A DNA stretch of 63,876 nucleotides, counting the filler, from Hyphochytrium catenoides (lineage: Eukaryota; Protista; Hyphochytriomycota), in assembly GCA_900088475.1 (NCBI GenBank). It is 11 parts of 11 records of this genome, joined end to end, with 100 filler letters (N's around TTAATTAATTAA, not from the genome) between each part and the next. Parts side by side here need not be neighbours in the genome. Positions count along the whole stretch, not along the records: positions 38,603 to 55,846 come from FLMG01000311.1; 10 more parts are not named here. One strand, 5' to 3'. The notes under the pieces are model-generated. The model was given only the letters and a program-made list of their open reading frames with translations. It did not search any database and was not told the DNA's origin. Within the stretch, counting starts at the first letter, position 1. Each line of letters begins with the position of its first letter. Position numbers and translations under genes: made by a program. This document shows, piece by piece, positions 39,042 through 50,152 of the stretch.

Positions 39042-39907
39042 TCAAGCTATGAACCTGGGATAATGTTGCTTGAGACTGCTCAGACTGAAGGGAAGAGCGA
39101 CGTGAACTTGAGTGATCTCCTCATCGAGAGCTTCACTCGCTTTGCTTTAAGAAAGAGAGCCAGGGAGAGAAGAACGAGCAGAAGTCACGGCTTTGAGGAA
39201 ACTTGATGGCAGATAAACTAAGGATAAGAGGGACTAGAAGAAAGGAGACATGACAGTAGCGGAGCAGGAGAGAGTCTTAAGAGAGTGGGCCCTCGATAGG
39301 AACCGCAATGTAACATCGCTACAATTGAGAGTAGAGAAACAGTTGAGAGAGATAGAGACAGAGAGAAAGACAGACAGTGAGAGAGAGAAGTGAGAGAGAG
39401 AAGGAAGGAGATAGACACGGGAAGAGATCAAGAGAGAGCGGGCCCGTCGCACCTATGATCATCGTCTTCCACATCGCCCTTCTTCTGCCTCTTCTTTGCC
39501 CTTAACAGCTCTCTGCCCTCTTTCTCCGTCTCGTAGAAAGAGATGGAAGAGAACTTCACGACCTTCCCCAAGAAGGAGCAGAAGCTAGGCATCTGCTGTT
39601 CGACAAAGACGCTAATACCAAAGAAAACAGTCAGCTAGGGAGGGAATGGCAAAAAAGAGAAAAGAGAACAGTTGATCACAGCCAGAAAGAGTGATCCAGA
39701 CATACGCGGCAGAGGAAAAGGAGAATAAGAGAAAGAGGAAAGAATGTAGAGGATACGGAACTAGGGCCAGATACTAAGAGAGACAAGCAGAAGGAGACAA
39801 AGCCTGTAAGGGGTGCAAGGGAGAAGGAGAGAAGAATGAGAGAGAGCAAAAAAATACGGAGATATAAATGGCAGAGCGAGAATTAGAAAGAGAAGAGAAG
39901 AGAAGAG

Positions 39908-39971
<64 letters not shown>

Positions 39972-40450
39972 AAACGAACCTGAGACAGAGAACAAAACAA
40001 AAGATTAGCATGACCGACAAGAAACCACCGGGTTAAGAGAGAAAGGGGTATGTACTGCCTCTCAAAAGGTACCAAGGGAATGTTTCTCTCACCGAATCAC
40101 TGCGGAGGGTGTCCGGTGGATCAAAATGGTGGACAAGAAGAGAAAAAGCCGTTGAAGCTGATCCAGCGCGAGAAAGCCCGCCAACCTTAGGCCTGGAACA
40201 AACAGAGAGGAAAAGACAAGATGTTGGATCCAGGACAAGCAGAAGACGAGAAGTGACGGGATTACGAAAGCACACGATAGGGTTTTCTAAGAAACAGAAG
40301 AGCAAGAGGCATCGAGTTGTAATCACGGGCCGATGAGAGAGACATGCTTAATGAGAGATACTCAAAGCCACGCCAAGACAGAGAGAAGTAGAGCGAACAA
40401 GTGCGGGAAAGTGAAAGGAGAGGGCGAATGACGCAAAGTCGTGAAGGAGG

Positions 40451-40496
<46 letters not shown>

Positions 40497-41532
40497 AAAA
40501 AAAAAGAAGAGAGAGAGACTATGTGTCCGCTCTCTCTGACCGATATTTACGTCTCTAGAGCCGTGGTCATTGAGCTGATGAAAGCCATGAATCAGCAGTG
40601 AGCCCCTAAGGAACAGAAAAGAGAAACCTCAGATACAAATAGAGAAAATCCCTGAGAGGGGATATAAAGGCAAGGGAAACAGGAGGAGAGAGAGGGATAT
40701 AGAACAGAGACAGAAGGGGAAAGACACAGGAAAGAGAAGTGGTCTTCTCCTCTTTCTAACGAAGAGTCTGCAATCCAGGGATAGCCATGATGTTCTCTCC
40801 CTTTTGTTCTGTATATCTCTCTCTCTTTCATCTTGAATTGTAGTGAACGAATCTCTCTCTCATTCTTTCTCTCTCTCTCTCTCTCCGCTCGTCTCTACCT
40901 TGTATGAGGGCATGGTGTATGAGAGCTCGCGGCGTCACACCACTGCAGACACTCTGCCAGAGGAAGATCATCGAGTTAAATTTTAAGATAGAGCTAAGCC
41001 AGATAGTATGATAGGGCAAAGAGAGGTCCTTGCAGGAGCGNNNNNNNNNNNNNNNNNNNNNNNNNNNNNNNNNNNNNNNNNNNNNNNNNNNNNNNNNNNN
41101 NNNNNNNNNNAGGAGAGAAGGAGAAGAGAGAGAAGGGAGAGTGTAATTAAGAGAGGGAAAGGAGAGTATATACGAAAGTGGATTACCTCCTTGGCCTGAG
41201 GTCCCCAGTAGATGGAAGGGATAGGAAGAGTCGCCCCAAATGAGGCGAAACACTTCTTCCTGCGCGGATCAGCAACCGATCTCCGTCAAAAGACAGACAA
41301 GGAGTGGAGAGAGAGAGACACACACACAGAGTGGCGGAGAAGAAGACCGAGGAGGGAGACATAGAGAGAGAAGAGAAAGAGATTGGCCAACCTTGAACCG
41401 CAACTTCTCTTCTTTGAGTCGGCGAAGAGGCGCCACGAAGCTCTGCAGTGCGGCAGCAAGTCCTGGGAGCACAGGCCCAAGCAAGACCAGGAGCTGGTGC
41501 AGAATATATCCGAGAAACCCAGTCTCGGCCAT
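39042..41532 (-). CDS. Hypothetical multi-exon protein (~7 exons), no recognised family
   Basis: In-frame splice path MAETGFLGYILHQLLVLLGP..RFK|EEVFRLIWGD..|ECLQWCD..|RGSLLIHGFHQ..|VGGLSRAG..|LTVFFGISVFVEQQMP..|KASEALDEE..PRFIA*. Introns are filled with CT repeats, and some junctions are uncertain. Confidence 0.55.
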
Positions 41533-42730
41533 GATGGGACCAAAGAGATCAGGAAAGAGAGAGAGAGAGAGAGAGAAAAGAGAGAGAGAGACCAGACAGA
41601 AGGAGAGAAGAGGGGGAGACAGATGCAGCTCGAAAAAGAGGGAATAGATCAACGAAGCATGGAGAGAAAGGAAGGGGAATGATGATGGAGAGACTGCAGT
41701 CAAGCCAACCNNNNNNNNNNNNNNNNNNNNNNNNNNNNNNNNNNNNNNNNNNNNNNNNNAGAGAGGAGAGGGAGAGAGGAGAGAGAGAGAGAGGGGAGAG
41801 AGAGAGAGAGAGAGAGTCTTGCCATTATTGTTGAAAGGCTGAAGAAGCAAGAGCGATTGAACAGGTGCGGTGGGTTGATTGAAGTAGGCGATCGAAGGAG
41901 GGAGACACAGAGAGAGAGAGAGAGAGAAAAAGAGAGAGAAAGAGAGAAAGACAAATAGGAGAAAGTGAAAGAGAGAGAAAAGAGAGAAAGACAGAGAGAG
42001 AGAAAGAGCAGCGAGGGTGAACTTGGAGAGAGGAGCTATCAAGTGATGGACTCTACCCGAAATGGAGGAATGGGTGGGCCTCTGGTTCTTATCCACCCTC
42101 ACAATAATAGGTGGCTCCCTTGCGTGAGGTGTACCGAACAATAAGAGGATGGGTGGTCAAACTTGTCAATCACGAAAACTAACTTGTGATTGAGCAATTA
42201 TTCTCTTACAACTATAGCCTCTGAGTGGCAGAGGTTATCAGCTATGTTTCTCACTGATTAATCACAATACCGATTTTTGTGTTACCTTGCACAGGTTGAT
42301 CTATACTAAGAGCGCTTGCTCTTCTGATGTTTGAAATGGTGAGGCGGGTCCAGCTCCCAACATCTTTTTGAATACTGAAGCTTCCTAGCCAAAGCTCGAT
42401 GCCAATGCTGGTCGCTGATGCAGCGCTGATAGTCTCTCTTGCATCTTGCATCTCTCTTCTTTCCGTTGATGACGCCGAAGTCACTTCTCCCTTTTCCTTA
42501 ATTGGTCTTATTGACCGCTATCAATCATTCTAGCGCCTGAGTCTGCCGCACCTGTATTTTGTACAGTGGTAGTGATAAAGGTAACAGGTAACCCAAGGTT
42601 TACAGCCTTGGTTTGGCCCCAATAGACGTAGCAGAGCTCTGGCTCTCACACAAGCACGTCTAAGGCACGGGTGAGCCCAATGCGTTAAGAGTGGAGACGG
42701 ATACTTGAAAGAAGCTACGGATAGAGACCT

Positions 42731-44537
42731 ATGAGCGATCAAGCAGGCCATTCCCAAGAAGTCCGGCAGCCTGCCGGCAGCTCTGCTACGGCGGACGCCG
42801 CCCAAGAAGAAGCCCAAGCCAGTGCAGCAGCCAAAACACCGAGTAGAATTGGGCGTCGGGAGGGCATCGCCAGCTATGCAAACTGGAGAGCGAGAGATCT
42901 TCGGGCTGAAGTCTCGAAGAGGAGAATACCGCGTATGTCAAATGCCCCAAAGGCGCAGATGGTGGCAGCACTGGAAGATTATGATGCAGTGAGAGGCATC
43001 ATTGACGGAGCTGCCAAAGGACCCACTCCAGGACCACCTCGTCCAGTTGGAAGGCCTCCTCGAGTCAGTGGTATTACAAAGAAGAGAATGCTGACAGAGA
43101 ACTGCGCCTTCCGCCTTTTGAATGTCATCTTCAGCAGTGAAATGACACTAAGACCGCAAAACCAGAACACGGTAAGCTGTTCATCGGGATGCATTTCTTG
43201 ACTATGTTCCTGGCTCTCTTTCTTCCTTTTACACTGGACTCAGGCTCTCAGTGAGCTCTTCCTGCTCTCCACACTTACTTCTCCTCTCGTCATCCTCTAC
43301 CATTGTTTCTATCGTGAGGTATCCGATTTAATGCTACGGAGTGGGTTCTCTTTCCTGCTTCTTTCAATCCTCCTTCGTGACCTTTATCGGGAGCAGCCAC
43401 CGTCGTTCAACATTTATGTGCCAATTGTCTGCTTCGCTGGATTTGCACGTGCGCTCTCCGCCTGTTGGTCTTCAGTCACAAGTCTGCCAACTCCTTCCAC
43501 TTCGCCTCATTTGTCCCTATGCTGACCTTTCGATCTGTCTCTAGTATTGGACTAAGGTGGCAGCGGCCTTCTCCTCCTCCGACGATGAGGACAGATTTGG
43601 TGCGATCCTTGTAGGTGACAGAGCGTCCATGAGGCGCTTCTACGAGGCAAAGATTGACCCTTCCGAGGTGTCGGATTGCAACGCACAGTCCCTTCTTGCG
43701 ATATGGAAAGAGCTCTATGCGGACTATTCTATTGCACTTAGGCGCTTTAACGCCCTCAAAGAGAGCAATGAAGACACCGACTTCTCCCGATGGTGCAGAG
43801 GTAGACTGGACGTTCTCTATCTCTGGTCCTGGATGCAGGCGAAACCAGAGCTGGAGGATTACATTGAGCGGGTGCCAGATTTCTTAGAAGAGCAAGGACG
43901 ATCAGAGGTTGACTTGGGTTCTGCTAGTTCGTCTGGCGAAGATTCTTCAGATACAGAAGTTGGAGAACAAGGTCGAGAGGGGAGAGGAGCAGCAGCAGCC
44001 GCTGGAAGGCAAGGGGGAGCCAGCCTAACCGGAGTGCTAGGAGGACGAGTAGCGTCAGGGAAGAAAGTCAAGGGAGGACCAGAATGGCAAACTTTGACTG
44101 ATATTCTCTCTGTTGTCAAGACATTAGTCTCTTCCTCTTCTCGACCTCGGAAGGGGAAATTTCAACAGGAGCTGCAAGAGCAGAAAGCAAAGCTTGAAGT
44201 GGCCAAGAAGAAGGCAAAGTTGGAGTCAATGGAGAGAGAAAAGGAGAGTGCTCTCTGGGGAGCGATGGGAGAAATCACAAAGCAGCTGGTGGACTCGAGT
44301 AAGCTTCTATCTTCTCTCAAGGCCAGTGGTGCGGACGAGGTCTTGATCAGAGACATCGAAGACGATATGAAGTTATATGTGCAAAAGAAGAAGAAGCTGA
44401 AGCTAGAGTTACAGCATTTCCGCGCAGACGATGTAGAGGATACGGCAGGTCGGGCAGGAGGAGATCAGGGAAGTGGTCGAGAAGGGCAAAGAGCAACAGA
44501 GAGTGAAGAAGACGAAGAAGACCGCAAATCTGTATAA
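42731..44537 (+). CDS. Intact putative DNA-binding protein: SAP-like, AT-hook, Myb/SANT-like, C-terminal coiled coil (transposon accessory-ORF-like)
   Basis: Exons 42731-43171 and 43545-44537. Motifs: WRARDLRAEVSKRRIPRMSNAPKAQMVAALEDYD (SAP-like); RPVGRPPR (AT-hook); CAFRLLNVIFS..YWTKVAAAF..LLAIWKELYADY..DFSRWCRGRLDVLYL, a pattern I recall from oomycete transposon-associated proteins. Confidence 0.75.
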
Positions 44538-45435
44538 CAGTGACTGTTCGCTCTACTAGTCAGCGAAGAGAGACTAATGTGCTGTCATATTAATTATTCG
44601 TCGTCAACAGAGAGAAGTGCCTAGAAAGAAAGAAATGGCTGTATCTCTTGCTGTGTATTTTTTGTCGAAAGTTCTCTCGCGTGCCTCTCTTAAGGTCTGA
44701 CGTGAAGTCACGTATCTCTCTTGCACCTATGCCAGAACCTGCAGACAGAACGTTTATACGTCCAGCAATGCTAAGGGTAGCTTCTTCTGGGAAGGAACAA
44801 TAATCAAAGTGCTCGGCGATCTTATGGTGTTATCAGAGCAAATTAGACTGGCATAGCGATTGATTCTTTTTGTTGAATGTCTGATTGAAGACCACTGCTC
44901 AATCAACTCTTACCTCTGTGCCTGTCAACTAGTTCTGGACCAATAGGCTCCTGGGAGTGAGAATGAGCTTCGTGCCCGGAGCACGGGAAGAGGTTGATGG
45001 TCCTGTTTCAAGCCAACAATACTGATCCCTCAACGCTCCTCGGTTACCCACGCTCATTAACTACTCTAAACGTTAGGAAGATGTCGGCATGAGATGAGGA
45101 GACTGCCGTCTCTCTACTGTTCCCCTTCCTTTCTCTCTCTCTGCCTTTTCCATAGAGTCCTAGTGCCTCTGCTGTCTAAAGGGTTGTGCCACTACTTTGC
45201 CCAGCCACTATTTTGCCAAATGTGTTTTCTGGAGTAGTATCTCGCGCGCGCGGGAGAAGAAGACAATCATCTTCCTTCTTATTTTCTTCAGGTTGAGGAT
45301 GGAAGAACAGGAACACAATTCGCCTCTCTTCTCTACCCGTAGAACTATTCTTTCACTTCTTTTTAGAGGCACATGGTGCTGTCGTGTTCCGTTTGCTTTT
45401 CAGTCTGTTGAAAGTGTTGTTGCAGCGCCTAAAAG

Positions 45436-47250
45436 ATGCCTGATTATTCATCGAGCCCAGAACAATTGCGCCTAGCCATGCACGCGGTGAAGGAAGATGG
45501 CTGATCACTTAATAAGGCTTCGGAAGCATACAATGTAAGTCGCAGGACCCTCGCCAGATACATCGACAAAGGCCTGGTCCCAGGAGAGGTTCGCAGGGGA
45601 CCCAAACCGAAGAAGTTATCAACAGACGAGACAAATGCAGTTGTAGATGGTATCGTTGAGGCTAACCGTAGATACCACGCCATGATGAGTACAACGGACA
45701 TCCGCGTAGGTGTTGGTCAAGTCTCATCCAACAAGCCGGAAGGCAAGGACTTCAAACATGGCATGCCCGGCCGTGCTTGGGTTTGGAAGTTCCAGCAGCA
45801 GTACCGGGAACAGTTCTCTTTTCGAAAGCCTTCGACTCTGGACAAATCAAGGATAAATGCCCAAGAAAATCTTGACGAGATTGAGAGGTGGTTCTCAAAA
45901 GCTGGCACTGACATAAACGAGATCTGCGTTGAGCACGGACTAAGGGGCATTGAAGACCTTTCTCCAGAGATGTTGCTGTGCTTAACGAGACCGGTCTGGA
46001 GTCGACCGGTAGGCCAGCTGAAAAGCGCGCTGCAGGAAAATCTCAACCCGCAGCCAGGGTAGAGACGACTGACAGGAACCTCAAGAGAGGGTGCAACTGC
46101 ACTGTGCACTGTAACTGCCAGCGGGTATACGTACCCACCCCACTTCATTTTCAAAGGAAAAAGAATCCCATTCGATATATGGGACAACGTGACAGACCAA
46201 GATTTCCGAGACAGCTGCATTGTCTCGATGACAAAGAACGCCTTCATGGACACGAAGACGTTCTATCTGTACGTCGGCCACCACTTCAAATACACCAAGC
46301 CCCTTGGCATACCTTTTCAGGTATTGTTTTTTGATAAGCACGTATCCCACATGGATTGGATGGCCTTAAAGCGCTTTAATAAGGATAATAACGTCTATTG
46401 CTTCGCAACCATCAGCCACTTGACGCAGTTGATGAGTGCTCTAGAAGATATAATCTTTAGGGTGTTCAAATCAGCATGGCGGAGGAGGGCCAGAGATCAT
46501 TTTTTCGTCATTCACTCTGGACGAAATCTCCTGAAGGAGGATTTCATTCCCCTTTTCTATGAGGCGTGGTCTCAGGTCAAAAAGTCTCATATTCAGTTGA
46601 GTTTCCAAAGGTAAAGAGAGTGAGAATCCCCTCCTCCAATTTCTCTACCCCTGACTCAATGTGCTGTTCCCAGGACCGGAATTTACCCATTCTCCATCGA
46701 AGGCTTCAAGATACAACGGCACTTCTTGGCGATGATGGGTCGCGAGCAGGAGGCTCTTACAGGGGCGGGAGAGGTTACTTTAAAGAGGAAAAAGGTGGAC
46801 GACCCCCTTCCGCTCAATGAAATATCTCCTCGGGACAAAAGGCGTATTGAACGGGTTGCGAGCGTGGACGCGGCTCGTGCTCACAACATCATCGTGAGTT
46901 ACGCTACGGACAGGAATCAGAGCAAAAAGGCAAGATCTGCAAAGAACAAGAGCCGCGTCTTCATCGACCAGCCAATCGAGTACGCACTGAACCGCCCTAA
47001 CGCCATACGGATTCAGCAAGAGAAGTTGAGCAGAGAAATGATGAATGTGGAAGATGAGCTCAGTAAGGTTCTTTCCAAGCTGGCCAACAAAGAGTACGCC
47101 GAGAGAGCAGCCTCTTTCAAGAAGGACTTGAAAGCTCGTTTGGCGCAACTCGAAAAAATGGAGTTAGTCTTCTTCAGTCCAGCCGTAGATCCGATGCACT
47201 TTCCTTACAGCTTGCCATCGTCCTTGCGCGCACTGCTACTTGTACTGTAG
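45436..47250 (+). mobile_element. Decayed pogo/Tc5-type DNA transposase (HTH_psq, CENP-B HTH, DDE_1) with a spliceosomal intron
   Basis: Reads MPDYSSSPEQLRLAMHAVKEDG*SLNKASEAYNVSRRTL; PGRAWVWKF; NETG; TALCTVTASGYTYPPHFIFKGK; FFDKHVSH; SALEDIIFRVFK; SFQR|TGIYPF across intron 46611-46673. Lesions: TGA at 45502 and two compensating frameshifts (~45983 and ~46060-46080). Confidence 0.88.
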
Positions 47251-48119
47251 GAATCCAAAAGCACAAAGGTCTTGAGCACATGCGAACAGAACTCTTCTTC
47301 CTACAGATTCTGGATGATTTATAGTAATGTCCCAGATAAAGACAAAATGGAGAAAGCATATCCGTAATGCAAGGATGGAGTCCTGGGGGATGTCTGGTTG
47401 TCTAGTGGGATCCGTGACAGAAAAAGATACGAACTGGATGCAGAATTTTCCTTGGTGCAAAATGGGTACAGTAGAGACGCTACTCTCGATAAAAGATATG
47501 GCGTTAATCCAAAGAGATACTGCATAGGAGCCAATATGATTTTCAAAGAGAGAGACAGAGTCAAGAGGCTTGAGACAGAGAGGAAGTTGATGGCAGACAG
47601 AGGAGGTTCAGTTCCACAAGCAAAGTGGAAGGTTGCAGTTCTCCCTAAAGTGTACTGAGGGAAGTACCTGTAGTGTCTCCCGGCTTCATTCTCCATCCTC
47701 CAGGCAGAACCTTTGCAACGGCGTTCTTTCATTCCTCTTTCTTCGCTCCTCTTCTCTCCCCTTTGGTCGAGGGAAGTGGACAAGCAGCGGTCCCTTAAGC
47801 CTATCCCCTCTGTGCCTTGTTTGCCCTTGTGTGAGCCAAAAGTTCCCTTTACCCTTTTGCTAAGACGGACAGGATCATCTCAAGAGCTCAGAGCCCCATC
47901 GAGCTCATATTGTCTTTTCTCCGCCCCAAGTGAAGATCTTAAACGTCCCATCTTCACTAAGAAGCTCCAGTTTGCCCCAGAAGATTGGTCTTGCAATGTG
48001 AGTTAATAGGGAGACTGTTGGTGTTGCAGGACCTAGTTGCTGGTAGCTTTTATACTGATGATCTTTGCTATCATGTCCCTTCAGCGCTTTATTAGCTGCT
48101 ACTACGTCAAAGGAAGAAA

Positions 48120-48643
48120 ATGGCTCACGAGGCGAAAGGCTTGGTGTGGTCCACCTTTCATGAGACTCCTCATGTCTCACGGACATGGGGCATTGTCGCC
48201 TTCATCCTGAACATCTTTTTGCCGGGTACTGTTCTCAAAAAGCTTGACAGCCTGAATCCACCTTCTTATGAACCTCATGTGCTCTTTAAAAATCTCCCCG
48301 ATATTAGTTGACTCCCATTTCTTCTCGTGTTCTCTACAAAGAGAAGAATTGCGCCTCCTTCCCAGGACGGAGAACTCTGCTCGTATAAGAAAGTCGTGTC
48401 TCTCTTCTCGTTCCTGTGCTCTACAGTTGCCCATCTTTTGCAGCTTTCAACGTGCTAACATACCTTCTTACAGGCACTGGCTCTATCCTGGCTGGATTTT
48501 TAGGCTCTCACACCGGCTGCATTCTGGCTGGACTGCTTCAGCTTCTAGTTTCAGCTCTCCTCATCGGTTGGATCTGGAGCATTATATGGGGATATCGCAT
48601 TTACCAAAAGAGCAGGACAGTCGGTGGGTACCTTCCGCTATAG
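48120..48643 (+). CDS. Small Stum/SPEC3-family membrane protein (2 exons)
   Basis: Exons 48120-48225 and 48474-48643 give ..WGIVAFILNIFLPGTGSILAG..AGLLQLLVSALLIGWIWSIIWGYRIY.., the LN..LPG.GT and GWIWSI.WG signature. Confidence 0.8.
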
Positions 48644-50152
48644 AGAGCGAGAGACAAGGAGAAGGACAATAGAGCGCTGATAGATAATCTTGTTTTTGTC
48701 TTTGCCGGCTTGCGCTTTGGATGTAATAGCAAAAGATAATATCCTCGTCTACTGAGTGGATGCCGACGTGAAGCTTGCCATGCCATCGCCATAGCATCAA
48801 GAGGAATTTCCCTATGTGTCCTAGCTTACTCTGCACGTTTGGTGCCTGAGTTTTGTCAGAGCGTAGACAGCCTTTTGTCTTTCGTGCCCTGGCTTTGGGG
48901 ACAGCAAACCATGTCTTCTGTTGTTTGCCTAGTGTATCTTCAAGCCGCTGTTCCATAGCTTGGCCCAACATTCCTGGCCATGATGATGGCAGCAGGTAGC
49001 AGCAAGAACTTTGGGGAAAGTTTTGTACTGTCTTAACTATGATAAACGTGGGCTCTAGCATCCCTTCTCCTCAAGGACCTATTATGAGCCTTGCAAAAAG
49101 AGGCATCCTACACCTTCCATCCTCTAATTGATGATAGTCTTTCGACCTGTTCGATGCTGGATTTGAAATCTGCCACTGAACGCATCGGATGGTAGGAAAT
49201 CTGTGTTTCCCCACCTCATCATTCAGTACCATAAGTAGCAAAGGTTCGCGCATTGCATCCCTGTAACTGCACCCATGAATGCGCCTTCCTTCTATGTAGC
49301 AAAGCAGCTGTTCGAGCCACGGTGCAAGACTCTATCACTCTTCTTTAAAATACTAGTGAAGCCTCCTTCTTCTTCTGATTCAGGACATACGAAGGAAATA
49401 GAGCTCCGCATTGTTGTTCTTATTATTAGCTGGGATCGATGGCATGGGTTCCAGACAACAACGGAAGTCAGAAGAGTTTTGGCAGATGATTACTGCCGGC
49501 TCTGATCCTGCCAATGAGTTTGACGGTAATCAGTTAGGATAAGCTGCGGTTATCGTATTGGCTATCTCACAGCTGCATCTCCCGTTAAAACCGACGTGGA
49601 AGCATCTATCGGACAAGAATAACTGAATTCCTAGGCGATTTTGAAGGCTGGTGTCCGATATTTGGTAGTTGAAGCTCGGCCGAATCTTGATATCATTCTG
49701 AGGTTTCGGTTCACCAGTTTCTCTCTCTCCCTCTCTCTCCCTTTCTCTCTCTCGCTCTCTCTCTCTCTCTCTTTCTCACGCTCACTCTCTCTCTCACTCT
49801 CACACACTCTTTTTCTCTCTCTTTCTCTCTATGTCTAAGTCTCTCTGTCTATGTCTCTCTCTTTCTCTGCCTCTCTCTCTCTTTCTCTCTATGTCTCACT
49901 CTCGCTAGCTCTCTCTCTCACTCTCACTCTCTGCTCTACTCTCTCTATTCCAAACTCTCTCGTGCGCACACTTCTCTTTCACTTTCTCGCTCTCGCTCTT
50001 CCTCTCTGCCTCTAGCCTCGAAGACGTGATGCAGCTCTTCTGACATCGGCGCTCATACTAAGAACTTCCTCTAAAGGCCGAAGATCTTCCTCAAAGCTGC
50101 TCATCGCCTGCCAATCTCCATAGTCGTTCAAAGCATAAGCACATCCACCATA

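Noticed and set aside
39985-40012. U6 snRNA-like ACAGAGAA...AGATTAGCATG
   Set aside because: The two parts are separated by an extra ~9 nt, the flanks do not match U6, and it lies antisense within an AG-rich intron.
44825-44839. TGGTGTTATCAGAGC resembling a tRNA-Met primer-binding site
   Set aside because: It has a three-base insertion relative to TGGTATCAGAGC and no adjacent LTR or gag.
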